Assembly: GCA_002788855.1 (NCBI GenBank)
Contig: PFSB01000009.1
Span: 1-59,857 of the forward strand
Direction: 5' to 3'
Origin: Candidatus Roizmanbacteria bacterium CG_4_9_14_0_2_um_filter_38_17
GTDB lineage: Bacteria; Patescibacteriota; Microgenomatia; GCA-00278855
Length of the DNA stretch: 59,857 bases
In this document: positions 45,946 through 55,571 of the stretch, piece by piece
How the letters are laid out: each line of letters opens with the position of its first letter
How positions within the stretch are numbered: position 1 is the stretch's first letter
The notes under the pieces: model-generated
Database searches by the model: none
The model's input: the letters and a program-made list of their open reading frames with translations, nothing else
What the model was told of the DNA's origin: nothing
Made by a program: the position numbers and the translations under genes

Positions 45946-46565
45946 TGGCAAGATATACAGGACCAAAAAATAAAATAGCTAGACGTGAAGGACAGGACCT
46001 AGGACTAAAAACAGTTGGTTCTAATGCTCAATTATCACTGCAGCAGAGAATAGCTGTTCCACCTGGACAACAAACTCGTAGATTTAGACCAAAGACTTCG
46101 GACTATGGTTTGCGATTACGGGAAAAGCAAAAAGCTAAGAGACTATATGGGTTACTTGAAAAACAGTTTAGTCGTTATGTCGCAGAGGCAGTAAGTGAAA
46201 AAGAAAATACTGTAAATGCACTTGTTGAAAAGTTGGAGCGCAGATTGGATAATGTTGTTTATCGGATGGATTTTTCTCCAACAAGAGCTGCTGCTCGTCA
46301 ATTGGTAAGCCATGGTCATGTGAAAGTTAATGGGAAGAGAGTTAATATTCCTTCTTATAAAGTGAGCGTAAAAGATCAAATTGAGCTAGATAATAAGGCG
46401 CAGAAAATTCCAGCAGTTTTGGAATTAGCAAACGGGCAGACAACAAGTTTACCTGGGTGGTTAACAAAAAAAGAATTTTCTGGTAAAATAGAGACCTTGC
46501 CCAGTCAGACGGACATTACAGAGCCCGTAGATTGGCAATATATTATTGAGTTTTATACCCGCTAA
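45945..46565 (+). CDS. rpsD: Ribosomal protein S4
   Basis: MARYTGPKNKIARREGQDL...RLDNVVYRMDFSPTRAAARQLVSHGHVKVNGKRVNIPSY. Confidence 0.95.
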   Translation: MARYTGPKNKIARREGQDLGLKTVGSNAQLSLQQRIAVPPGQQTRRFRPKTSDYGLRLREKQKAKRLYGLLEKQFSRYVAEAVSEKENTVNALVEKLERRLDNVVYRMDFSPTRAAARQLVSHGHVKVNGKRVNIPSYKVSVKDQIELDNKAQKIPAVLELANGQTTSLPGWLTKKEFSGKIETLPSQTDITEPVDWQYIIEFYTR

Positions 46566-46567
46566 CA

Positions 46568-47461
46568 ATGCAGGATTTTGAAGTTAAAGCAATAGAAGAA
46601 AAATTAGGATACGCAAAGTTGGAGATAACTCCACTTGCTCAAGGCTATGGTGATACAATTGGTAATGCGTTGCGACGCATTCTAATTTCATCTCTACCTG
46701 GGGCAGCGGCAACTAAAGTAAAGATAAAAGGTGTGCAACATCGTTTTTCTACGCTTGTTGGTATGAAGGAAGACGTCATCGAGTTACTCCTTAATTTAAA
46801 AGAGGTGCGCTTTGATCTTAAAGGGAGTGATTCAGCACAAGTTAAATTATCTAAATCTGGACCAGGATTAATAACTGCGGGAGATTTTGAGTTATCCGGT
46901 GGAGTCGAAGTTGTGAATAAAGATCAAGTTCTAGCCAATTTGGCGAATAAGAATAATAAGTTAGAGATGGAAGTAGATGTTGAGTCGGGATATGGGTATT
47001 CTCCTTTTGAAGAGCGAAAGCTTGAAAAGGTAGGTCTACTACCTATTGATGCAGTTTATTCTCCAGTGCTTAGAGTGAGTTATAAAGTAGAAGAAACTCG
47101 AGTAGGTCGTATGACTAATCTGGATCGCTTGATTCTTGAAGTATGGACAGATGGAACTATCTCCCCACAAGATGCTGTAAAACAATCAGCAAAAATTCTT
47201 AGTCAATATATGACGAGAATTAGCGGAGGAGAAACAATAAGCGCTCCATTGGCTGTTGAAGAGAAAGACGAAGAATCAGTTGAGGCATTAGAACTGAATA
47301 CCCGTGTGGAAAATGCACTAAAGAAAGAAGGCATAGAGACGGTTCGACAGCTTGCACAATATAAAAGAGCAGATGTGAAAAAGATCAAGAACATGGGGCA
47401 GAAATCAGTGCAAGAGATTAAGGAAAAACTTGAAGATAGAGGTTTATCCTTTAAAGAGTAA
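46568..47461 (+). CDS. rpoA: RNA polymerase alpha subunit
   Basis: 297 aa. GYGDTIGNALRRILISSLPGAA; C-terminal domain LELNTRVENALKKEGIETVRQL. Confidence 0.93.
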   Translation: MQDFEVKAIEEKLGYAKLEITPLAQGYGDTIGNALRRILISSLPGAAATKVKIKGVQHRFSTLVGMKEDVIELLLNLKEVRFDLKGSDSAQVKLSKSGPGLITAGDFELSGGVEVVNKDQVLANLANKNNKLEMEVDVESGYGYSPFEERKLEKVGLLPIDAVYSPVLRVSYKVEETRVGRMTNLDRLILEVWTDGTISPQDAVKQSAKILSQYMTRISGGETISAPLAVEEKDEESVEALELNTRVENALKKEGIETVRQLAQYKRADVKKIKNMGQKSVQEIKEKLEDRGLSFKE

Positions 47462-47466
47462 AAGCA

Positions 47467-47868
47467 ATGGCCAGACATGGAAAAAGCTTCAGGCTAAGCC
47501 GTGATAAGGACCACCACAAAGCATTGTTTAGGAATCTAATCAGTGCTCTCATCTTAGATGAGCGTGTCAAGACAACCAACGCAAAGGCAAAGGCGCTAAA
47601 AAGCCTTATTGATCGTGTTGTTAATAACGCTAAAAAAGAAGGAACGCTTACGCGTACGCGTGGACAGTTGACTAATTATCTTGCAAGCAAAGTAGCATTA
47701 GATAAACTTTATAACGACATAATTAAACGTTTTCCAGATAGATCAAGTGGTTATGCTCGTAATGTTCGCATTGGTGAACGGCAAGGAGACAATGCTACAA
47801 TGATGCTGGTTGAGTGGGTAGTTAAGAGTGAAGAGAAAATAGTAAAGAAGGAGAAAAAAGATGAATAG
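47467..47868 (+). CDS. rplQ: Ribosomal protein L17
   Basis: MARHGKSFRLSRDKDHHKALFRNLISALILDERVKTTNAKAK. Confidence 0.93.
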   Translation: MARHGKSFRLSRDKDHHKALFRNLISALILDERVKTTNAKAKALKSLIDRVVNNAKKEGTLTRTRGQLTNYLASKVALDKLYNDIIKRFPDRSSGYARNVRIGERQGDNATMMLVEWVVKSEEKIVKKEKKDE

Positions 47869-48289
47869 CTATACAGCATCTACAAAAGCTGGCGAAATAA
47901 AAAGCGAATGGCGTGAGATTGATGCTGCAGGTATGGTTCTTGGACGTTTAGCATCAGTTGTTGCTCAGTTGTTAATTGGTAAAGCTAAGCCCAATTTTTC
48001 GCGCAATTTGCTTATGGGGGATTATGTTGTTGTTATTAATTCTTCTAAAATAGTGGTTACGGGTGATAAGTCTGAGAAAAAATTATATGAGAATTATTCT
48101 GGTTACCCAGGTGGACTTAAACAGGAAAAATATAAAGACCTGAATAAACGTAAACCTGGTGAGGTGATCAGGATTGCAGTATCCGGGATGTTGCCTAAAA
48201 ATAAATTACGGAAAGAAATGCTTCGTAAATTGTATATATTTCCCGATGAAGAGCATAAATATAAAGATAAGATCGAGAATATAAGTTAA
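47861..48289 (+). CDS. rplM: Ribosomal protein L13
   Basis: WREIDAAGMVLGRLASVVAQLLIGKAKPNF...GDYVVVINSSKIVVTGDK...YSGYPGGLK. Confidence 0.93.
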   Translation: MNSYTASTKAGEIKSEWREIDAAGMVLGRLASVVAQLLIGKAKPNFSRNLLMGDYVVVINSSKIVVTGDKSEKKLYENYSGYPGGLKQEKYKDLNKRKPGEVIRIAVSGMLPKNKLRKEMLRKLYIFPDEEHKYKDKIENIS

Positions 48290-48291
48290 TT

Positions 48292-48741
48292 ATGTCTAGT
48301 AAAATTAAATATGTTGAAGCAATAGGACGACGCCGGACGGCAACCGCCAGGGTTCGGTTGTATGATGTGGAAGATAAGCGCAAACTAGTTAAGTTATGGG
48401 ATTACAAGCTTAGTCCAGGTGTTATCTTGGTTGATAAAAAACCAGCATCTGACACTTTTCCTAGTTTGGTTGAAAACAATATTTTAATGTTGCCATTTAA
48501 ATTAACAAAAACACTAGATAAATATGCGGTAACAGCCCAGGCTTCGGGATCTGGCCTAAAAGGTCAGCTCGATGCAATTGTACACGGAATTGCTAGAGCA
48601 CTAGATAAAATAAATTCAGAGGAATATCGACCTATTTTAAAGAAACAAGGACTTCTAACGCGTGACCCAAGAGCTAGAGAGCGCCGCAAGGCAGGTTTGG
48701 CTCAATCCGCGCGAGCCAAGAAACAATCCCCTAAGAGATAA
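48292..48741 (+). CDS. rpsI: Ribosomal protein S9
   Basis: AIGRRRTATARVRL...LLTRDPRARERRKAGLAQSARAKKQSPKR. Confidence 0.93.
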   Translation: MSSKIKYVEAIGRRRTATARVRLYDVEDKRKLVKLWDYKLSPGVILVDKKPASDTFPSLVENNILMLPFKLTKTLDKYAVTAQASGSGLKGQLDAIVHGIARALDKINSEEYRPILKKQGLLTRDPRARERRKAGLAQSARAKKQSPKR

Positions 48742-48746
48742 GCTTA

Positions 48747-48799
48747 TTAGCGAGACAAGGCGAGGCATTTCATGAAATGAATGGCCTTGCCTCGTAGAG
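48747..48799 (-). repeat. Family C REPIN-like hairpin element (C5, reverse orientation)
   Basis: The reverse complement reads CTCTACGAGGCAAGGCCATTCATTTCATGAAATGCCTCGCCTTGTCTCGCTAA, closest to C2. Confidence 0.8.
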
Positions 48800-48847
48800 C
48801 AAGACATTTCACAGGTTTATAATGTTCTTCAAACAGAATCACATGGT

Positions 48848-49285
48848 GTGTTGCCAATCCAGATGGCTGATATGCTTCTTGGTGGATATTTGTATTCATT
48901 GAATCCTAAATCTGGAGATAAAGAGGGGAATAAAACAAGAATTTCTAAGAAAGTATTAGAGTTAAAGAAAAAAATGGGGAAAAATAAGTTTAACTGTTGG
49001 GAAGTAAACTGGAATAAGAGTAGCAGGATCGAGAGGGTATAGATGCAATCTATGCCTCTCTGTTAGGAAGATTTCTTCAAACAATACCCACATTTTTTTA
49101 AAAAGCTTGATGCTAATGAAAAAACTCCTGAGTTATTACCAATTCTTAAACAAGATGGCAGTTATCCTGAGGATTTGAAATTGTTAGTAAATCATAATTT
49201 TTTTCACTACTCTGGATCAAAGGAAGCATATTTTCATCATTTTGATACTTTAGAATTTGCAACTATTCTAGTTGAAGGTCATTGA
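48848..49285 (+). pseudogene. Probable decayed gene: one reading frame interrupted by two in-frame TAG codons
   Basis: The frame of ORF 48848..49042 continues with protein-like sequence (..EDFFKQYPHFFKKLDANEKTPELLPILKQDGSYPEDLKLL..EFATILVEGH) up to TGA 49283-49285. It is interrupted by TAG at 49040 and 49064. Confidence 0.35.
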
Positions 49286-49457
49286 GTGCAGTTTTGAAGG
49301 TAAAAAAACACCTCGAACTTTTATGTTATCTAGTTTTGTTATAAAGGCTATCGACCCCTTCTTGAAGCAAGTTAACATTACAACATCAAAATAAATAAAA
49401 ATTTGAAGAAGCATTATTGCAATAGCTTGCTTGGGTTGGTTTGGGATCTGGTGAAAC

Positions 49458-49513
49458 CGCTCAACTTAAGGTCCCACCCTTCACTTCGTAAAGGCCTCGC
49501 CTTGTTTCGCTTA
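49458..49513 (+). repeat. Family C REPIN-like hairpin element (C6, diverged left arm)
   Basis: CGCTCAACTTAAGGTCCCACCCTTCACTTCGTAAAGGCCTCGCCTTGTTTCGCTTA. Confidence 0.65.
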
Positions 49514-49558
49514 GGTTTTTGTTGACAAGTTTAGGCTGATTGTGGTTTACTTAATGTA

Positions 49559-52500
49559 ATGCCCAATCCAATTTCTGATATTAAAGATAAGTTCAAGAAA
49601 GATAATGTCAGCGTAATCAATGCAGACCCAGTCACTCCTGTGGTGAATGATTCTCCTGTGGATCCAAATAAAGGAACAATGAATCCTGAGAAACGCACAG
49701 GAATAGATATTTTAACTCGCTTAACTCAGCGTTCAAATCAGACAATGATGGCGGGGGTTAACAAAGCTAAAGAGTTACATAGCCAATTCATAGATACAGA
49801 ACACGTGTTTTGGGGTCTATTGACAGATCCAGGTATATATAAGCTTCTTTCTGAGATGAAAAAAACACCAAGCGAGATCCAGACAGATGTTGAGGCAGTG
49901 CTAAAACAAGGCGATAGTCATGATAGTCCTCAGTTTTCTCCTCGAGTAAAGCGGGTATTAGAGTATTCGTTGTCTGCAGCCAGATCGTTGGGTTATGAGT
50001 TTATTTCACCTGAACATCTTTTATTAGCGCTTATACAAGAGGGTGAGGGTCAAGCAGCGCAGATAATGAGCAAGCATGGATTAAGTGTCGAAGAGGTGAA
50101 TAAAAAAATATCTGGTAAGACAACAAGCGTGGCAGGTGAAGAAACAAAAAAACAGTTATCAGCTATTGAGCAATTCTCGCATGATCTTACCAAGGCAGCT
50201 AAAGATGGAAAACTAGACCCAGTTGTTGCCAGATCAGCTGAGATTGAACGCATGATGCATATTTTATTACGTAGATCAAAGAATAATCCCGTGTTAATAG
50301 GAGAAGCTGGAGTAGGAAAAACAGCAATCGTGGAAGGCTTAGCGCAGAGAATTGCGAGTGGAAACGTACCTGAATCACTGATGAATAAGAGAATATTATC
50401 CATTGACTTAATGAGTATTATTGCTGGCGCAAGCCATCGAGGAGAATTTGAAGAAAGACTAAAAAATCTAATTAAGGAGATTAAAGCCTCTAAAGGGGAA
50501 ATAATTATTTTTATTGATGAGATTCATAATATGGTAGGTGCCGGTGGTGGGGGAAACTCAATGGATGCTTCTAATATATTAAAGCCATCGCTTGCCCGGG
50601 GAGAGCTGCAGACGATTGGTGCTACTACGGTGGCTGAATATCGTAAATATATGGAAAAAGATCGGGCTTTGGAGCGACGTTTCCAGCCGGTTATGGTTGA
50701 TGAGCCTACGCCAGAGAAAGCATTACAGATGGTACGAGCTCTCAAAGATAAATATGAAGCATTTCACAAAGTATCTATTCCAGAAGCTGCTCTAGAGGCG
50801 GCGGTGCGGTTATCTCATAGATATATAGGTGATAGATTTTTACCTGACAAAGCTATAGATTTAATAGATGAAGCTGCCTCGTCCATTAGGCTACCCTCTA
50901 TATCACTGCCAGAGGAAATTCAGAGCTTAAATGAGCAGATAAAACGACTTATAGCCGATAAAGAAGAAGCTGTCAAAATTAATGATGATGTTCAAATAAT
51001 AGGACTTGATCGAAAGTTAAAGAAATTTCAACAAGAACTTGGTGAAAAACAAAAAGCGTATGAGATGAAAAAAGCGACTACTACAACTGAGGTAACGGTT
51101 GAGGCAATTCAGGATATTGTTTCCCGCTGGACAAATATTCCAATCTCTAAACTAACAGAGTCTGAAACTAATAAGCTACTAAATTTAGAAGACATGTTGC
51201 ATGCGCGATTAATTGGTCAAAAACAAGCAGTAACTGCAGTAGCGGAAGCCGTGCGCCGTGGGCGAGCAGGCTTAAAATCTACTAAACGGCCAGTAGGATC
51301 GTTCATTTTTATGGGGCCAACGGGTGTGGGTAAAACAGAGTTAGCTAAAGCATTAGCTGAGATATTATTTGGATCAGAAGAGCGCATAGTAAGGCTAGAT
51401 ATGACTGAATATATGGAAAAACACGAGGTTGCAAAGTTAATTGGTGCTCCTCCAGGATATGTTGGATATGAAGAGGGAGGTCAATTAACAGAAGCAGTAC
51501 GTCGACACCCCTATTCTGTTGTATTGATGGATGAAGTAGAAAAAGCTCATCCAGATGTGTTTAATATTTTACTGCAGGTGCTTGATGATGGAAGACTGAC
51601 TGATAATAAAGGACGGACAATTGACTTTAAAAACACAATTCTTATAGCAACTAGCAATATTGGAACTGAATTGATACAGGAAGACATGGTTCAGGAGGGT
51701 ACTTTTGAAGCAGTAGTTGAACCAGTTTCAACTCTAGTTTATTCACCAACGGGACGCATCGTATTAACACAAGGCAATAGAATGTGGCAAAAAGAGAATA
51801 GAGATGTGGCCTGGAAATATGGTGCATTAGAAGATTATTTTCAAGGTGAAGATTTGTCTCAAGCAGCTCCCTTAGACTTAAAACAGAAATTTCCAGTTGA
51901 TGGCTTTGATACTCACATGATTGCACCCTCAGGGGAAGAACTTATAACTCGAGATAATCGACTGTGGAGACGTACATCTACTACTAGTAAAGCCTGGGAG
52001 TTAAGTAAATTGTTGGATTATTTTAAAGGACACGAGGTAACTAATGCAGGCGCGGATAAGCCGGAACAGCAGCTACCAACTGCAAAGCTCTCGACGGTGG
52101 CAGTATCACCATCGGAAACACAAATTATTACATATGGAGATAGATACTGGATGCGCAATGGCATGGCTTCACTTAAGTGGGAAACTGGTTTTCTAGCAGA
52201 TTATGTTATTGGTACGCTAACAGGTAACTCTATTGTCCAGGAAGTTGCGATAGTTGCGCCGCAAGTGGCAGCTGTCTCAACTAGTGGACCATCAGAACCT
52301 GACATAGAGTTGCAGAAGAAAGTTAAAGAGCTAATGACAAGTGATAGTGGGCAATTGGTAGAAAAAATAGATAAAAGTGAGCCTTTACCTGCTGATGGAT
52401 GGAGTGCACACTTTTTCAATGATAAAGGAGAAGAATTTATTGTCAAAGGTCGTAAGTACTGGAAACGTAAACAATTTAATGAAAAAACTTGGCAGAGTGG

Positions 52501-53260
52501 AATGTTGCCTGAATTATTCACTTCTTACACAATCCAAAATGCTGCTCCAGACAGCGTCGAACAGATGCATCCTCTTGGAGAAGAAGTAAATAAATTACAA
52601 ACTGAGCAAGAGAGCGAGGATAAAAAGAAATATGCTCAGCTAAAGAAGATGTTGACTGAAAAGCTTCAAGAATTCTTTAGACCGGAGCTTATTAATCGTT
52701 TTGATGATGTCCTAGTCTTTAAGCCATTGTCACAATCAGAACTATTAAAAATAGTTGACCTACAGATAGCGGGATTGGCAGACTTATTAGAAGATCAAAA
52801 TATTGGCTTGCAGGTTTCTGATTCTGCTAAGAAAGAGTTAGGCGTAGAAGGATATGATCCTATGTTTGGAGCTAGACCACTGCGCCGAACGATTCAACGC
52901 ATGCTGGAGAATCCAGTATCTTCTATGATTATTAAAGGAGAACTTAAATCAGGAGATATTGTTATCGTTGATTATAACGGTAGCGAGTTTATCTTTACTG
53001 CGAATACGCGTTTAAAGCGTCCAAGTAAGATAGAAACGGAGGTGAATACAATGGATAATAACAATCTACAACAAGATCCGACACAGACACCGCCAGTAGT
53101 ACCACCAGTGACAGAAACATCAAAAGTGGATGCGCCAGCACCAACAAGTGGGATACCAGTAGATGACGTAAGTCAGCCAGTGGTACCTGAAACACCACCT
53201 GTGCCAGTAGTGCCTTCAGTTGATATTGCTACGAAAATGCAGACTCCTTGGAGTAGTTAA
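49559..53260 (+). CDS. ClpC/ClpB-type double-AAA+ chaperone with a large repeat insertion in NBD2 and a Pro-rich tail
   Basis: Clp-N repeats ([17 protein letters not shown]); NBD1 GEAGVGKTA / IIFIDEIH; a short middle domain; NBD2 GPTGVGKTE / [11 protein letters not shown]; sensor ATSNIG; [11 protein letters not shown]; GARPLRR. About 337 aa separate ATSNIG from [10 protein letters not shown]. Confidence 0.9.
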   Translation: MPNPISDIKDKFKKDNVSVINADPVTPVVNDSPVDPNKGTMNPEKRTGIDILTRLTQRSNQTMMAGVNKAKELHSQFIDTEHVFWGLLTDPGIYKLLSEMKKTPSEIQTDVEAVLKQGDSHDSPQFSPRVKRVLEYSLSAARSLGYEFISPEHLLLALIQEGEGQAAQIMSKHGLSVEEVNKKISGKTTSVAGEETKKQLSAIEQFSHDLTKAAKDGKLDPVVARSAEIERMMHILLRRSKNNPVLIGEAGVGKTAIVEGLAQRIASGNVPESLMNKRILSIDLMSIIAGASHRGEFEERLKNLIKEIKASKGEIIIFIDEIHNMVGAGGGGNSMDASNILKPSLARGELQTIGATTVAEYRKYMEKDRALERRFQPVMVDEPTPEKALQMVRALKDKYEAFHKVSIPEAALEAAVRLSHRYIGDRFLPDKAIDLIDEAASSIRLPSISLPEEIQSLNEQIKRLIADKEEAVKINDDVQIIGLDRKLKKFQQELGEKQKAYEMKKATTTTEVTVEAIQDIVSRWTNIPISKLTESETNKLLNLEDMLHARLIGQKQAVTAVAEAVRRGRAGLKSTKRPVGSFIFMGPTGVGKTELAKALAEILFGSEERIVRLDMTEYMEKHEVAKLIGAPPGYVGYEEGGQLTEAVRRHPYSVVLMDEVEKAHPDVFNILLQVLDDGRLTDNKGRTIDFKNTILIATSNIGTELIQEDMVQEGTFEAVVEPVSTLVYSPTGRIVLTQGNRMWQKENRDVAWKYGALEDYFQGEDLSQAAPLDLKQKFPVDGFDTHMIAPSGEELITRDNRLWRRTSTTSKAWELSKLLDYFKGHEVTNAGADKPEQQLPTAKLSTVAVSPSETQIITYGDRYWMRNGMASLKWETGFLADYVIGTLTGNSIVQEVAIVAPQVAAVSTSGPSEPDIELQKKVKELMTSDSGQLVEKIDKSEPLPADGWSAHFFNDKGEEFIVKGRKYWKRKQFNEKTWQSGMLPELFTSYTIQNAAPDSVEQMHPLGEEVNKLQTEQESEDKKKYAQLKKMLTEKLQEFFRPELINRFDDVLVFKPLSQSELLKIVDLQIAGLADLLEDQNIGLQVSDSAKKELGVEGYDPMFGARPLRRTIQRMLENPVSSMIIKGELKSGDIVIVDYNGSEFIFTANTRLKRPSKIETEVNTMDNNNLQQDPTQTPPVVPPVTETSKVDAPAPTSGIPVDDVSQPVVPETPPVPVVPSVDIATKMQTPWSS

Positions 53261-53299
53261 ATAAGAAAATAAGGACAAGGCTCGCTGTTTTATCTAAAT

Positions 53300-53320
53300 A
53301 TTAAAGGCAAGGCCTTTAAT
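53300..53320. repeat. Family B REP hairpin (B5)
   Basis: ATTAAAGGC-AAG-GCCTTTAAT. Confidence 0.85.
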
Positions 53321-53409
53321 ATTTTTCAGTTGACAAATAAATAAATTGTATTGGAAATAGAGATAAAAATTTAATAAAACATAAAGTAGTCAATAAGGAA
53401 TGTGAAGAA

Positions 53410-53604
53410 GTGTTTTTTAATCAACCATTAATCATTAATTCTGATAGCAAACATTTCAAAAATGAATATAGATACCAAGCTTTAGGAAAAACAAGCGCAA
53501 ATAGATTATTATTTATTGCATTTACTCATAGAAACAGACTTATAAGGATTATTTCTGCCAGAGACCAAAATAAGAAAGAAAGGAGGCAATATGAAAAAGC
53601 TTAA
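53410..53604 (+). CDS. brnT: BrnT-like (DUF497) toxin; start codon uncertain, family-like sequence extends upstream to 53341
   Basis: C-terminal RLLFIAFTHRNRLIRIISARDQNKKERRQYE. Upstream in frame, GNRDKNLIKHKVVNKECEEVFF resembles the family N-terminus. No ATG/GTG/TTG lies there before the GTG at 53410. Confidence 0.65.
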   Translation: MFFNQPLIINSDSKHFKNEYRYQALGKTSANRLLFIAFTHRNRLIRIISARDQNKKERRQYEKA

Positions 53605-53869
53605 AACAATACCAAAATTTAAAACTGAAGATAACGAACGAGAGTTCTGGACAACTCACGATTCAACTGATTATGTTGATTGGAGTAAAGCAGTAAAAAA
53701 CCCTGCCATGCCCAATCTTAAACCATCTACAAAGCCTGTAACCGTAAGATTGCCAGAATCACTACTTGTTGATCTAAAAACCTTAGCCAATAAACAGGAT
53801 ATACCTTATCAATCGTACATGAAAATGATATTAGCTGATAAAGTAAAGAGAGAATACTCTGCAAAATAA
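53591..53869 (+). CDS. brnA: BrnA-like (CopG/RHH) antitoxin
   Basis: FKTEDNEREFWTTHDSTDYVDW...VTVRLPESLLVDLKTLANKQDIPYQSYMKMIL. 14-nt overlap with brnT. Confidence 0.8.
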   Translation: MKKLKTIPKFKTEDNEREFWTTHDSTDYVDWSKAVKNPAMPNLKPSTKPVTVRLPESLLVDLKTLANKQDIPYQSYMKMILADKVKREYSAK

Positions 53870-53920
53870 CACCTTTGCATGGGGTCTTGCCTTTGGTAGG
53901 TTAACACCTTATAATTACCT

Positions 53921-54907
53921 ATGGTAGATTTACAGTTTGCTGGCATGGAAAACATGTCAGATCTTCATCAGCATTTAGGATCTTCATCGACAGCAAATTT
54001 TCTATGGGAGCTAGCTCATCAACAAGGCATTAAGTTGCCTGAGAAAGACTACTGGAAATTTATGCAGCTTATAAGGATGGATACAAGTGTTTCCTTTGAG
54101 GAATATGTTACACGTTTTTTTGAAATTCCAGAGAGGATTCAATCTAGTCCTTATGCAGTAGAGCGATCAGTGCACCATGCTATTTCCAATACTTACCGCA
54201 AAGCCAACGCAAAACTAATAGAAATTAGATTTAATCCAATGCTTAGAAATAGAGGAGGAGAGCACGATTTGGATAAAATTATATTGGCATCAGTTATAGG
54301 AATGAAGAAGGCTGTTCTAGAATATCCAGTTTCAGCTGGAATCATTTTAATGATGGATAGAAGGTTTAGTAAAACTAAGAATGAAGTAATCGTAGATAAA
54401 GCAATTAAGTTTCATAGAGATGGTGTAGTGGGAATTGATCTAGGCGGACCAAATAGTGAAAAATTTAATTATCTGCAAATTGCAGATGCAGTTGCAAAAG
54501 CGAAAGAAGCTGGTTTGGGGGTTACTGTTCACACTGGTGAATCTACTCCCGCAGAAGATGTCTGGAGCGCCGTTGAAATCCTTAAACCCGATAGAATAGG
54601 GCATGGGGTACGAGCATCTGACGACGTTAAACTTATGAAGTATTTAGCCAAGAAAAATATTGTACTTGAGGTTTGTCCTACTTCAAACTTGCGAGTTAAG
54701 TTTGTGAAAGATTTGAAAGATATGAAGAGAATTTTGCATAAATTTATGGAATACGATGTAAAGTTTACAATTAATTCTGACAATCCACAATTGTTGCAGA
54801 CAAATGTTTCTAATGAGATGGATCTTTTGTATAAAAATGGTATCCTAGACAAGAAGCAGATTGAGCAGTGTCTTAAAAACTCTCTAGAAGCATCTTTTAT
54901 TCGTTAA
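53921..54907 (+). CDS. add: Adenosine/adenine deaminase family protein
   Basis: SDLHQHLGSS, TVHTGE, RIGHGV, CPTSN, INSDNP. Confidence 0.85.
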   Translation: MVDLQFAGMENMSDLHQHLGSSSTANFLWELAHQQGIKLPEKDYWKFMQLIRMDTSVSFEEYVTRFFEIPERIQSSPYAVERSVHHAISNTYRKANAKLIEIRFNPMLRNRGGEHDLDKIILASVIGMKKAVLEYPVSAGIILMMDRRFSKTKNEVIVDKAIKFHRDGVVGIDLGGPNSEKFNYLQIADAVAKAKEAGLGVTVHTGESTPAEDVWSAVEILKPDRIGHGVRASDDVKLMKYLAKKNIVLEVCPTSNLRVKFVKDLKDMKRILHKFMEYDVKFTINSDNPQLLQTNVSNEMDLLYKNGILDKKQIEQCLKNSLEASFIR

Positions 54908-55521
54908 TGAAAAGTAAAACTGATAGACTACGTGAGATTAGAGATGAAGTTCTTGAACTAGAGTTGTCACCGCTGTATGAGTATCGGAAAGCCAATAACT
55001 ATTTCCCAGTGTTAGGAGAAGGAAGCCATGACTCCAAAATTATATTCATAGGTGAAGCACCTGGAAAAAATGAGGCAGAAACTGGCAAGCCATTTTGTGG
55101 TGCATCGGGGAGGATATTAGATGAATTGCTTACCTCTGTAGATATTGAGCGCTCTCAAGTGTATGTTACAAATATTGTAAAAGATCGCCCACCAAATAAT
55201 CGCGATCCCAAGCCAGATGAAATAGCATTGTATTCGCCATTCTTAATTCGCCAAATTAATGTTATCCAACCAAAAGTTATTGCGACACTAGGAAGATTCT
55301 CCATGGTGTTTATTATGGAGCAATTTGGGCTAGGTGATGAATTGAAGCCAATTAGCAAGATGCATGGGATGGTTTTTGATGCAAAAACAGATTCTGGTAA
55401 TGTAAAGATTTTGCCACTTTATCACCCAGCTGTCTCGGTATATAACCCTAATACAAAAAAAGATCTACTAGCTGACTTTCAGACACTAAAAAAGTTGCTC
55501 ATTCCAGGAATGTCAACCTAG
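54907..55521 (+). CDS. udg: Uracil-DNA glycosylase, family 4
   Basis: GEGSHDSKIIFIGEAPGKNEAETGKPFCGASGRILD...HPA. Confidence 0.85.
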   Translation: MKSKTDRLREIRDEVLELELSPLYEYRKANNYFPVLGEGSHDSKIIFIGEAPGKNEAETGKPFCGASGRILDELLTSVDIERSQVYVTNIVKDRPPNNRDPKPDEIALYSPFLIRQINVIQPKVIATLGRFSMVFIMEQFGLGDELKPISKMHGMVFDAKTDSGNVKILPLYHPAVSVYNPNTKKDLLADFQTLKKLLIPGMST

Positions 55522-55536
55522 TACATTCCTGGAATG
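55500..55536 (+). terminator. 14-bp stem hairpin overlapping the udg stop (candidate terminator)
   Basis: CATTCCAGGAATGT-CAACCTAGT-ACATTCCTGGAATG, followed by GGTTTGTCTTC (a weak T-tract). Confidence 0.5.
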
Positions 55537-55571
55537 GGTTTGTCTTCATGAAGTGATATACTTGCAGACTC

